A DNA stretch of 63,984 bases, counting the filler, from Kipferlia bialata (lineage: Eukaryota): assembly GCA_003568945.1 (NCBI GenBank). It is 5 parts of 5 records of this genome, joined end to end, with 100 filler letters (N's around TTAATTAATTAA, not from the genome) between each part and the next. Parts side by side here need not be neighbours in the genome. Positions count along the whole stretch, not along the records: positions 14,909 to 29,716 come from BDIP01000771.1; positions 29,817 to 44,623 come from BDIP01000772.1; 3 more parts are not named here. One strand, written 5' to 3'. The position numbers and the translations under genes are program-made. Under the pieces are notes generated by a model. It was not told where the DNA came from. It did no database searches and worked only from the letters and a program-made list of their open reading frames with translations. Numbering within the stretch: the first letter of the stretch is position 1; every line of letters begins with the position of its first letter. This document shows positions 24,720 to 37,827 of the stretch, piece after piece.

Positions 24720-27700
24720 CAGTCCATCATGTCCGGTCTCCCGTCCTCATCCGACTACCCAGCCCCTGTGCCCGTGCCTGACAAGGGCATTTTGCCTGAT
24801 GAGATGGGGTCACAGATGAGATGGCCTTGCCCCTCCCTTGCATCGTCACCTGCTATAGGGCCCTGGGGGTGAGGATAGATGGGATATAGAAATGTAGGGG
24901 GGTGGGGGGACTACTAGCACAGAGAGCCTCAGGTCAGTTTACAAATAATAGGATATGTACACGATTATAGGGGGCACTGCTGGTTAGAATTGCAACAGCC
25001 AGTGTCCGAGTATGGACTGAGTCTACAGTCTAAAGGGGAGAGACTCGTATACGTGTACCTGACCACAGTATGGTCTGCTGTGTCTGAGAGTATTGCTATG
25101 GAGGCAGGGGTGGACATGGTCTGACTTGACCACTGGTTGGAGGCCTCTCTCTCTCCCACTCCTAGACTCTCTCCATCCTACTCAGTTTTGTGACATGATA
25201 GTGGGCCTCCACTGGGGCAATCTGACCTCAATCTGTCACGTTCTCATCAGTAATGCCCACAGAAGAAACCAGCTTCATCAAATGGGTTCCCACCCGTTGA
25301 TGTGGTGGCATTGTGAAGCACACTTGTATGTCCACTGAAGTGAGAAATATACAATGTACAATACTTTACATCTCGTATAGAGAGTATCATAGGGACCCAC
25401 CTTCTATTTCCTGTGTCGTAGCGTACTACCTCCAATCGGCCATGTGAACATATCTCCTTGGGTGAGAGTAGAATCCTCAAATACAGAGCCGAGTTCTGTT
25501 ACCTGTGCAACACTGTCTAGCCCTGGTAACAGCAGGCTGTTCTGGAATAGGCTGAGGCATTCCACTGAGGGGTGAGACTCTTGCTGATATCGTAGTAACA
25601 CGGCACATTCTTCCTGATTGGCACATCACCCACATATACATATATACACCGTTGGGACAGCATCCACATACCGTTGGGACAGCACCGCAGAAGCCTGGCC
25701 AGTCGACCCTCTGCCAGCCCTCTCGTGGTGATGGCATTGCCAGAGAGGTTAATGTGTTCAACTTCGCTGAAGATCCCTTTCTGGCATAAGAACCCAACTC
25801 TATCCTCGACAATACATATCTACCAACTCAAGCTATTCACCTAAGCATACCTTCTCAGCAGCCACTGATTCCATATACGTCACCAACGCAGAAAACCCAT
25901 CAACCCTCAGTGGCTCCACAAGATCATCCAAGGTCAAGTTCATGAGAGCTGACTCCTCCACCTTCCGTCCGGAGCGAAACTCCTCCACGGCCTCTACATA
26001 GTTTGTCACTCTTGTTCTCCAATCACGGGACGGAAGGTCGTCTTGGGTGGCTCTAAAACGCCTTGGAATGAGATTGTATGGGATTCGTCAGCAACAAAAT
26101 CAATAGTATAATGCTTCACCTAACGTAATGGCTCTCCAGGACTCCATACTCATACACTAGAGCTTTGACTTCAAAGTCTAGGGCCGCAAGATGGCTCGCA
26201 CACTGGAGTAAGAAGCAGATTATTCCGATGTGATCTACCAAATACATACACCGTACCTGAATATCAGAGTTGCATGAACATTGTATATTCGTGAACCACT
26301 CACCTGCTCTCTTCTCTCGGTGTCAGACATTGGGATGTTCCAACCAATCTGAAGCGTGGCACCTGCTGCCTCTATCGACTCCTTCCAGGCCTCCAACGAA
26401 GCATAGGCAGAGTCAACACACCTCCCAAATGTACACTCCTCTTCACTTGTAGGGTCTGTCGAGTCGGTGTCTGAGTCGTAGTCTGAGTCGGTGGACGAAT
26501 CGAAACAGTAACCTGTTCGAATAGCCCTCTCGAAGCTTGGGCAGTGTTCCCCAGTCAGTCTCATGTACTCGGTATCTACACACTCTATCCTGCTGTCCAG
26601 TCTGGTCAGATAAGCAGCCACCTAAGGTTAGATACTTACAGTGAACGAGTCCAGACATCTAGACGTACTGTGTTGTATTATCAGGGTCACTAATAGTATA
26701 CTCACACATCCTACCGTTGTTGCTATAATATACAGTTTAGCAATGGGCACTTACCATTTGGTCCTTGATAGTTGCACATTGACGGACCAATTCCCCACCG
26801 GTAGGCCTCTTGGATGGGTCCTCCTGATATTATACATAAATTCTGAATAGCATACTCTCTATATATGAGTTGAGGTGTAGATGCAATAGACGGTCTTGAG
26901 ACATTAGTGGCATCATCTGGAGAGAATGACGTGCTATACACGACTTGTTCAATAGGAGTAATGGTAGTGACCTGAAGCATGGAGTTGATCATCTCTGGAA
27001 GACCAGGGACACTAGTGTGTTCTTCTGTGATGATACTGGCGTCAGCTTCTATAATAGTGTCAAATGTGCAATACAATAGCAAAATTAGTATATATGAAAG
27101 TAGGGCCCTCCATACCCGCAGTCTGCCTGCAGCCTGGTTCTCAACTCAACCACACTTGGATTGCCGGACAGTACCCAGTCCTTCATCAGCATCTGCAATG
27201 TAAGTACTGGACGCTTATCTAGTAGACCAGTAACTTCCTTCCTTATAGTAAATACAATATGAATTCAATTGTGTAGAGACTCACTCCCTATCACGCACCT
27301 GAGAGAACACGAGCCCCAAAGCCCATATGTCACTAGGTGGGCCAGCGACAAAGGGGAATGACCAGCACTGTGAAGTTAGAGAGAGAACAGAAGGGGAGAC
27401 AATACATATGTATGCGTATGTATATACATACCTCCGGGGCGTTGTACAGAGGGGCGCCCGGAGCACAGCAGTAATTCGGGGATATTGATACGGGTCCACC
27501 CACACTGTCTATGCTGGACTCGAGCAGGCATGTATAACCCAGTGATGTGGGTAGAACCAACTGGGTACCCTTGGCGGAACCCGAGCTGCGCAGGGTGTCA
27601 CATTCCATCTGATAGTAGCATAATACATATATTTACTATATATATGGTGTACCAATAGATCGTGCTCACTAACTGTCTCCATACATAAGCCAACCTGTGT

Positions 27701-29430
27701 GCACTCTCCCACTCTGGCTCCGTTGCCCAAGACACCCTCCCCCTCTTCTATCCGACGAGCCAGTCCGAGGTCTAAGAAGGTCACGTGGGTAGTCTCAGAA
27801 CGACGAGGGATTTCCGCACCATCCTATAGTAAATAGTCAACCTGGAATCCACCAAATGGACAATATACACAACTGCGAGAGAAAACAAACACATATCGTC
27901 CCCAATCTATCTGTCTATGCATATGTATGTATCAATATGTGTTCGCAATCACCTCAATTCTCGGCAGTAGCACATTGGTATCTGCAGTAGGGGGCTCTTC
28001 TATGGAGAGTTGTGCCCTCCTCTCAGTGTATGGGGTATGGTCAGCCATGATGTTGTCTGGCTAAGGTGTGAGCTAGAGCAATATATGGGAATGTCTCTAT
28101 CATATGCGCCAATAGCTTGATCACCCATGTATAAGTATTGAATAGTATATACCTGTCTATACATGTATACACGCTAGGATATTATAACACATATAGAGAG
28201 AGAGAGATGAAGGGAGATGTGAACCTTCAGGTCTCGATGAACTACGGAGGCACTGTGGAGGTCCGAGAGGGCTCGAATGGACTGGTATTGGAAGCATCCA
28301 TGATCAACTATTCACAATATTGAAAAGAGGTTTGAAAATATATCAGTTGAGCATAATAATGGAAGATATATGATAAACGTATATATGTAACACTACCATA
28401 GTTCATACCTGTTCCACAATTGACATTGTGTGGGGAATGGGCTTCCCGTTGAGAGTGTATGTCTCGATCAGCTCTTGCAGGGTCACGCCTTGGGTGGAAG
28501 AGAGACCGGTTACCACATTCATATATATGTACACACATGCACACGTCTACCTACTCACCACACGTACCATCTACGAAGTCCATGACTATCACAAGCCATC
28601 CAGTGAATGGGTTCTTGTGTCCATGTGTCACACTCTTCTCCCACATGTTCCCAGTGTACCTGGGACTCAGTGGAAATGTATATATATATACTACACCGAC
28701 ATAGAGTACTATATTGCATGATGTGATACACTATAAACTATACATTTAGCAACTGGAGTACCTTGGACCCGAGTCTGAGTTGATAAAGGTCTCCACAGAG
28801 CTGAGGGTGAGAGAGACAGAGGGATATCGTCATCATCACTACATAATGATATTGTATAGTATATAGTCTGGAGTCTCACCCCACGATGAACGGTGCATCA
28901 CTGTGGTAGTGCAGAGTGTCGACCTCCCGCTGCAGGTATCTGTCTATCCCCTTAGTGAGTAGTAGTCTGATGGGATATGAAGGTCAAATAGATGGAAAGG
29001 GGGGGGGGGTCTCATCCCTCTCAGATAAACAGACAAGAGTATAGTATACCTCCTTATTGGTGTCCACGAGCTTGCAAGCGAACACTCTGCCCTCTCTCTC
29101 GGCCTGTATATGAGTGGAGCCAGTAGAGGGGGGGGGGGTGCCTTTCCAGATCTTCATACTGGTACTGATCCAGATACCTTGACAACTACGCCGAAGAAAC
29201 CCTCTCCCAGAACACCCTTGATGTTGTATCTCGCGCACAGGGACTCTGATCTTGGGTAAGAGGTGAGTTTAGTATATAGTACACAATCCTATGTAGCTAG
29301 GATATTTGCATATATATATAAAGAAAGATAGTATACAAGTACAGGAGACTAGATATGAGAGGCAGTGCGGGATACATGCCGGGGGGGGGGGGGGCTACAT
29401 ACCTCAATTGAGACAATTGGTGCCCAGTCT
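24720..29430 (-). CDS. Ser/Thr protein kinase with long C-terminal extension, multi-exon (5' end off scaffold; 3' end approximate)
   Basis: YNIKGVLGEGFFGVVVK / VFACKLV / YLQREVDTL / SIRALSDLHSASVVHRDLK / PDNIM / FLDLGLARR / GAPLYNAPE / SDIWALGLVF / MINSMLQ / EDPSKRPT, i.e. kinase subdomains I-XI. Confidence 0.88.
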
Positions 29431-29716
29431 GTACGGGATGTGGTGTCAGTGACAGAGTGCTGGGAGTGAGAGAAAAGATAAGAGAGATGTGGCATATACC
29501 GGACATGACAGCGTATGGATGCCACACAGAGTCCTATAGACCTATCTACATGTCTACGTATATAAACAAACATCGACATATACATAAACTGAGTCTGCAT
29601 GGGGTCTAACCAATGACTAGGCCTGTCACATAGACATGGGCACTGACAGTGATACACACTGCTATACAACAGTATAAGGGGGGGGGGGGGGGGGGTGGGG
29701 GGGGGGGGGGGGGGCA

Positions 29717-29816
29717 NNNNNNNNNNNNNNNNNNNNNNNNNNNNNNNNNNNNNNNNNNNNTTAATTAATTAANNNNNNNNNNNNNNNNNNNNNNNNNNNN
29801 NNNNNNNNNNNNNNNN
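29717..29816. other. Artificial scaffold-concatenation linker
   Basis: N44-TTAATTAATTAA-N44. Confidence 0.98.
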
Positions 29817-29859
29817 CAATGTATATATTAATATATAGACATATATATACCCAAGTACA

Positions 29860-31387
29860 AGGGTGGGGGGGGAGGCCCCAGTGGTACCAGGTATGGCGCT
29901 CTATAGACCTTATAGAGAGAGGTATAGTAGTTACTACTTTATCACTCACAGTCAGGTGCAAAGAAGGCCAAGGCTCATCCACCCAGTCGCTCTATCTCTC
30001 TCTCTGTATATATGTATGTGTGTGTGAGAGTATATATCCTCATTAGTATATCTTACCCTCAGGTTCTAAGAAGGCCAAGGCACAGCCCACCCCCAGACCC
30101 CCCACTGCCATGGAGAGAGAGAGAGAGAAGGCAGCAGCAAGGGAGAAGGAGAGGCTCATTCAGGTAAATTTATCATACGACTAATATATATTAATATATA
30201 TATATATATATTGTAGGTGTACACACATCAATTAACCCCCCAAGAAGATGTGCTTCGTGCCAGGGAGAGTCTTGCCTATATAGATATATATGTGTGTGTA
30301 TACGTGTAATCATATTCCCCTCTATATATCTAATACCGTAGGAAGAGGTGCTTCGTGCCAGGGAGAGTCTGGCTAGGGACCAGGAGAGAGAGAAGGAGAG
30401 AGAGAGGGCCAGGGAGAGAGCCAAGGCAGCTGCAGTGCACACACCTACCAACCGCAGGTGAGGGAATATATATATGTAAATTCATTGTATTTCTGTAATG
30501 AGAAAGAGAGGGGTTGTATTCATCTTACCTTCTAGACCTCCCCCTGTGAGTGGCAGGGTCCCCAGCTCCCGTGTCCCTAGTAGCAGAGTGCCCAACTCCA
30601 GCAGAGTCAGTCACGCAACACCCACAAGGAGGTATGGATATGTATATGTATAGTGTTTAGTGTGTATGTATGCCTAACCTTTCCAGGACCACCACTGGTG
30701 GATACAATGCCCCATCCTCAGCTAGAAGGGCACCAGGGTCAACTAGGTACGCCTACGTGAATGCGGACATTTGAATATGAATATGATTATATGTATACAT
30801 GATTCACCTCACTCCAGAACACGTGGTCCTAAGCCCCTGGATGGGCACTGGAAGGAGCTGGAGGAGATGGGCATAGACAGGTATAGACAGGGTATTACTA
30901 TATATATATATAGAGAGAGAGAGAGGGGGGGAGAGATACTATATCTGTATGGACACTGGAAGGAGCTGGAGGAGATGGGNNNNNNNNGAGATACTATATC
31001 TGTATGGACACTGGAAGGAGCTGGAGGAGATGGGCATAGACAGGTATGGATAGGATATATAGTATAACAGTAGTATCTGTAGAAAAAGAGAGAGAGCTAG
31101 GTTGTGTTTGTAGTATGTATGGGCATAGACAGGTACAGACAGTGCATTGATATATATTATGCTAATACAGTATATAGTATATAGTAGTATCTATTGACTG
31201 TCTCAGTCTTCTAACTATCAGGACCATCATCGAGGTCCTGTCTCATAACTACTGCATTATACTAATGCAGTGAGTAGTATATAGCAGTATCTATTCAATG
31301 TATCAGTGCCTGACTATCAGGACCATCATTGAGGTCCTGTCCCAGAACGATGACGTCAAGCCCATCGACCCAAAGATACTCAAGTAA

Positions 31388-31437
<50 letters not shown>

Positions 31438-33111
31438 CTTTCTCTCTTCTATATATCTATATCTTGCCGACGACGTCAAGCCCATCGACCCAAAGATACT
31501 CAAGTGAGTGTATCTCTCTCTTTCTCTCTCTCTTGCTAGACCCAAAGATACTCAAGTGAGTTAAGTCTCTCTCTCCCTCATTATCACTTGCAGTACGTTA
31601 CCAGTATAGTGATATCTATATATCCCTCACCCCAGGTGTGTCCTGGGTTATCCGGTCCTAGTCATGCTCTCTCTCTCTCTCCATCTTACTATATATATGG
31701 GTACAATGAGTACTGATACTTACTCTAGGTGTGTCCTGGGTGACTTAGTCCCTGCTGGGCACTCCACAGTCAAGTTCGGCGACATTGCAGGTAGCGAATA
31801 TAGTATTGTATGTTATTGGGTAAGTGGTTTCGTGTATGCCCTCTATAGTATTACTAATTATATGTATGTGCACCCTATTTACCCCTAGGTCTTCGCGGTG
31901 TGAAGGAGACCCTCTATGAGCTAGTCATCCTCCCTCAGCAGAGACCTGACCTGTTCACAAACCTCAGGCAGCCAGCTAAGGTATATATACATAATGTATA
32001 CAATGTATATTTATATATATCAAGAGAGAGAGAGAGAGGCCTGACCTGTTCACAGACCTCAGACAGCCAGCTAAGGTACCTTGATAGATTAGTAGCAGCA
32101 ATTTCTCTATAATTGGTATCTTCTCACCCCCCAGGGCCTCCTCCTGTTCGGCCCCCCTGGCAATACCTATATATATAGATAGTATATAATATATCATAGT
32201 ATACATATCTATCAAGTGCATTTTCTCACCACCTAGGGCCTCCTCCTCTTCGGCCCCCCTGGCAACGGCAAGACACTCGTGGCAAAGGCAGTGGCCGCAG
32301 AGTCACAGGTATAGATACACACTTATATATTGGTATATATGGTATATTGTTATATATATTTATGCATGAGTATATATTCGTGGCAAAGGCAGTGGCCGCA
32401 GAGAGTCAGGTATAGTGGTATAGTAGGACTCATATAGTAGTAGATATTATCATCTCTTACAAAGCTATATTCATACATACCTGACTCCCAGGTGACGTTT
32501 CTCTCTCTCCCTCACTCTAACTGTATCTCCATATTCTCACCCCCAGGTCACCTTCATCTCCATCAGTGCATCCAGCGTGTTCAGCAGGTTCCTGGGTGAG
32601 TTTATCATCTTCTATCTCTCTCACTCTCTCTCACTCTTTCTCTGTAGACATTTCTCTCTCTTACCCAGGCGAGTCCTCCCAGACTGTCCGTGCCATCTTT
32701 GCTGTGGCCAGGGCACTGCAGCCCTGTATAGTCTTTATAGGTACTCATTCATATCAACATACTCGACCGTTTTGCAAATCCAGTCTAGTATTCTTTGTTT
32801 CAGTATTCTCCATAGATCTAGTTTCATAATATTGTATACTAGTATGTACACTTGAGTTCCCCTTACCCCCAGATGAGATTGACTCCATCCTGTCCAAGAG
32901 ATCAGACTCAGACCACGAGGTACAATTGCATTTCTTTCCCTTTTTACTCTTGTTATTATCATCTAAGAAACGTTTGATGGTTTCAATATATCTCGTGTAT
33001 GCTACTAATCCCCAGGCCTCCAGAAGGGTCAAGACCGAGTTCCTGGTGCAGATGGACGGAGTGAAGGTATGAGTGTATATATTTATACATGTATATATAT
33101 ATATATGTATG

Positions 33112-33143
<32 letters not shown>

Positions 33144-33801
33144 GAATAGGTTAGTATATATGTAGATAGATTCATACTTGGGCTGAGTTCCTGGTCCAGA
33201 TGGACGGAGTGAAGGTATTTCACGGCACAATACTGAATTCATCACAATTCATTAATCTAAATATATCTCTCTCAGGGTTCCTCTTTGTCTTATGTCTCAG
33301 GACTTTTCATGACTATTATATCTTTCTGCTTCTCTCTCAAACTCTCAGGGCTCCTCCGCTGACCGCATCCTCATCATGGGGGCCACAAACATACCAGGTA
33401 TGGATATGCATGAGTGTGTATATGCTCTAGCTATTTTGAATTTCGATTTCAATTTCAAGTTGTAAATGGTCTTATTTATGCCTTCTTTTTTGACTCACCC
33501 AGACTGCCTTGACGATGCTGCCCTTAGGCGTTTCCCCAAGAGAGTACTGATCCCACTACCTGATTTGGAGACGAGGTATAATATATACCCCTCGATATCT
33601 TTTCTCTCTCTAGACCCTTATTCTAGGATGGAGCTTGTGTCCCACCTTGTGAGGGACAGCAGGCACAGCATGAGTGCCAAGGAGCTGAGATACCTGGGAG
33701 AGCTGACTCAGGTATGTACTATATGTCATATGTGGTGACATGCTGTGCATATATACCCACTTACCCTCCAGCTACTCCGGGTCTGACCTGAGTGTTCTCT
33801 A

Positions 33802-33833
<32 letters not shown>

Positions 33834-34533
33834 CTTGAATATTATGTATACGTGTATACGTATGTGTATACATATGTGTTTATATACTTGTATATATACT
33901 TGTCTAACCCCAGGGATACTCCGGCTCAGATCTCAATGCCCTCACTAGGGAGGCAGCCATGGGACCTCTGAGGAGCATTCCAAGGTATATATGGATATAT
34001 TATACAAATATGTATGCCAAATACTAGATATAAGTTGTATACTAGGCCTAGTATTTCCCCTCACCCCCCAGAAGCGTGGTGCTGCAGGTGTATGGATAGT
34101 ATAGTGTATAGTATATGTGTATACACTGATAGTGTATATCAGAGTAATGCCCCCTCACCTTCCCAGGAGCAAGGTGCTGCAGGTTGACCTGAAGAGTGTC
34201 AGGCCTATGAACCTCGGAGACTTCAAGAAGGTGGGGGTGTGTATATGTCAGTTATATATATGTATTTGTTACTCTATCGAATCAATCCTCGAAACAATCC
34301 TACCAGGAGGAGTCATTCCCAGGTCCTTCAAGTCATCAAGCCCACACTGGCACATAATCAGTATATGCAGTATATGTGTATTCATATTCGCACATATACA
34401 CAATTGCAGTGTAGTTCATACTCTCTCTCACTTTAATCTGTAGGCCCTCCAGGTCATCAAGCCCACCCTGGCCAACACCTCTCTGGGCGAACTGCATAAG
34501 TGGGCAGCTGAGCACGGTAGTACCGATATGTAG
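29860..34533 (+). CDS. SPAST: Spastin-like microtubule-severing AAA ATPase, more than 20 exons, 5' partial
   Basis: VKFGDIA/GLRGVKETLYELVILPQQRPDLFTNLRQPAK/GLLLFGPPGNGKTLVAKAVAAES (Walker A)/..IVFI/DEIDSILSKRSDSDHE/ASRRVKTEFLVQMDG/..MGATNIP/..LDDAALRRFPKRVLIPLPD/..GYSGSDLNALTREAAMGPLR/..WAAEHGSTDM*. Confidence 0.9.
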
Positions 34534-35000
34534 ACATAGACAGAGAGAGGGAGAGAGATGAGAGAGTAATAGATGAGATGCACCGGTGGCAGAGCAAGGC
34601 AGTACAGACATGTAGCTAGAGAGAGGACATATTATGTGGGCATATGTAGACATAGATAGAAAGGGGGGGGAAGAGAGTAATAGATGTGTATTGCAAAGTA
34701 CTTACTTAGTCCGTATCGGAATATATCTATACATGGAAACATATTCAGATCCAATACTACCAGAATCAATATGTTGATACATATACAGTGTGTATTATAC
34801 ACTGTATAGTTTACACAGCCACTGGTTCTCCGATGTAGGCTGCATCCGTGATGTAGCTCGCTGAGACTATCTAGAGTCTGGATATTCCAGATATACTGAA
34901 TATACTGAAATCTTACTATATATAATAGGACACACTATTAATTTTCATGAGTTGAGTGACTCTGCACCTTGTTTATACTTAGTCGGAAAGAGCCAAATCT

Positions 35001-35118
35001 AGACCTCCTAGCTTTCTCCAGTGAGACACAAGACCTATCCTAGCTTTGTCCAGTAAGATACAAGACCTATCCTAGCTTTGTCCAGTTTGATTCAAGACCT
35101 ATCCTAGCTTTGTCCAGT
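35001..35118 (-). repeat. Four about 32-bp tandem copies of a gene's last codons and stop (..TGGACAAAGCTAGGATAGGTCTTG)
   Basis: Plus strand caagacctatcctagctttgtccagt x3, plus one degenerate copy, separated by 6-nt variable linkers. Confidence 0.93.
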
Positions 35119-36014
35119 GGAAGTCACTCCTCACTGTCTTCCCTGTCACAAAGTTGAAGACCTTGGTGCCCTAGGAGTAAGATGGCCATACATAGATATA
35201 TATATATATAGTACATACACACATATATATATATAGTACTTGGTGCCCTAAGAGTAAGATGAACACAATACTCCCAATCGCTACTACCACTGTATGGCTT
35301 TCACTATGAAATTCATAGTATGAATAAACACATAAATATCGCTGTCTATTAGTATATACTACTATACACAAACCTCCCCATCACTACATGGCACACTATA
35401 TGTATGCGCCCGCAAACCCACCCACATACATATATATAGTAATATGCAACTGCATATGTGTGTATACCAATACCTCCCCATCATCACTGCCACTGTATGG
35501 CACACTGTCGTGCCTGCGGTACTTCATAGAGATCTGCTGTTAGATTGAATATAGAAGAAAAAATATACACATACATATATATATATATAGTGATGTTAGA
35601 CCACTATATGTAGGCTGGCGGTTCATAGTGATCTGCTTTTAGACTAGTATACAAAATATAACCTCATAGACATGTGCTATACATATGTATGGGACTATAT
35701 AGTGATCTGCTGTCAGATATAACAACAATAACAGACAGTGCATGATGAATACCGGATAGAAACCACATATACACATTAACATATATATACAAGGTCACCC
35801 ACATATACGCACATATATACACATTTACATACCGTTGTCTCTGTAATGGTGCACCTCTCTACCTTCACCCACATATCACATATATTATATATGTATGAAT
35901 GTATATATCAACATATATACCCGTACCGTTGTCTCTGTTATGGTGCACCTCTCCACCTTCACCCAGCCATAGCCCTCAAAGTCATTGAGGTCGACAATAG
36001 GGGTGTAGTACTTC
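35099..36014 (-). CDS. Hypothetical protein, 3' exons
   Basis: KYYTPIVDLNDFEGYGWVKVERCTITETT / QISMKYRRHDSVPYSGSDDGE / GTKVFNFVTGKTVRSDFHWTKLG*, joined in frame by canonical introns. Upstream exons not found. Confidence 0.65.
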
Positions 36015-36681
36015 CTGGGTATATTAGATAACACTTGGATGTATATGTATGTAAATGTATGCTACAATATGTGTACTCTGGTCTATTAGTCAAAGAATAT
36101 TGATACATATATATGTATTTGTGAATGTAGGATATGTATGTATATATATAGCCCTCAAAGTCATTGAGGTCGACAATGGGGGCATAGTACTTTCTGGGTC
36201 TATTAGTCATAGTAGATTAATGACTATATATATATATGTATGGTATGTACAGTAAATATGGATAGATACTGTTGTTATACATAGCCCTCAAAGTCATTGA
36301 GGTCGACAATAGGCATGTAGTACTTCCTGTTGTTAGTTATAGAATATTTGGCATTCATATATCTGTATAGTACACCTATCTATATACAATATCTTGGTCA
36401 CTGAGGTTAACAGCTTATTAATTGCAAATTAATGACTAATTAGTAACAAGGGAGGCCTAGTACTTCCGAGTATTAGTCATAGACTGCCTCATGGTATACA
36501 TACATACATATATCTATATGAATGTGTATGTTAATATCATGACATTCATTGATGTCTACAAGGTGCATATAACTTCCCGAGGTTAATTGGGGTACAATAT
36601 GACATTCACAATATTACATGTAGTGTATATAATAACAGTAATACTGACTCAGCAAATAATTGTGAATACTATTATGTATTC

Positions 36682-36712
<31 letters not shown>

Positions 36713-36987
36713 TTAGCCTGAAACCCAGCCGGTTGCTGAACGTTCAAGTATTTTTGCTATAAAATTTGTAAATGTATATGTGGGGGGGGGGGGGGGGGGG
36801 GGGGTGTAGTTATCTCGCCAAAAATATGGTACTTGTGATTGACCGGGCAACACCACATGGCTTGTCCTCTCTCTCTCTCCCTCTCTCTCTCTGGCTGTAA
36901 GCCACATCCAGTGTCACTCTACACACAACATAGCCTCTCGTTCGCTCGCTCTCGCTCGCTCTGCCTCTATCCCCCGTCTCTTTCCAG

Positions 36988-37827
36988 TGGGAAGTCTCAC
37001 TCTCCCAATTGACACTTGTATGACCTGGTCACCACTCCGTAGTGTCTCTATACCTAGCCCTGTCATGTTCACTCACACTCAGCTTGGGGGTCCTCCCCCC
37101 ATTGGGTACCACACCGCACCTATTCTGTTAGAGGGACTGGGAGAGAGAGAGAGAGAGGGTCTGGGAGAAGTGAATGACCTGGCAGACCTAGTCAACATTG
37201 GTATTGTGTCTCTCTCCCTCACTCTTCTGAGAGAGGCAATATCTCTATGGGCTATATTCAGTCTATTGTATTCTATGTCAATCATCTAGTCTCTCTCTCC
37301 CCCTCCACTCTGTCTGATCAACTAAATGACCATCAGACGAGCCCTCGTGGACAAGTTAGTCTCTCTCTCTCCCCCTCCCTCTCTCCATCCATGACTCTCA
37401 GGCGAGTCCTCCTGGACACTGGTCCACGATGGTTTCCGCAAAAGCGTGCGTATCTGAATACCTCAATACTGTGTATGATAGACAGTCTTTCTCCTCTTCT
37501 CGCCTTGCTCCTCAAAAACTAGTCCCTAACCTCAGTATAACTACGACGTCGAGTGTGCCTATATCGTGCCACAGGTAAGGGAATCAATACACACCTGTCT
37601 GTATATAAGTCTCATCAATCAATCAATGCCAGGGAATTGACGAATATCATGAGCTGGTCAACTGGTCTCAGAACAAGACCCTCTAGTACGTATTCATCTT
37701 TGGAAGAGATCCCCCACTACCGCTTCCAAACTCCCACCTTCTAACGCGAGTTATACGTCTGACTGGACCGACAGTCATGGCAAGAAGGTCCTTACCTTCG
37801 ACTACAACGTCATGTTCACTCCCGAAG
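36988..37827 (+). CDS. Possible hypothetical multi-exon gene fragment
   Basis: Short splice-bounded exons (YNYDVECAYIVPQ / GIDEYHELVNWSQNKTL / YTSDWTDSHGKKVLTFDYNVMFTPE). No family recognised. Confidence 0.3.

Noticed and set aside
35001..35118. CRISPR-like repeat/spacer array
   Set aside because: Spacers are only about 6 nt, the repeat is the gene's own last codons plus stop, there are no cas genes, and the context is eukaryotic.
36150..36210. MTNRPRKYYAPIVDLNDFEG as the start of a gene
   Set aside because: The ATGACTAAT is an intronic branch-point region of an acceptor echo; the copy breaks off into (TA)n.
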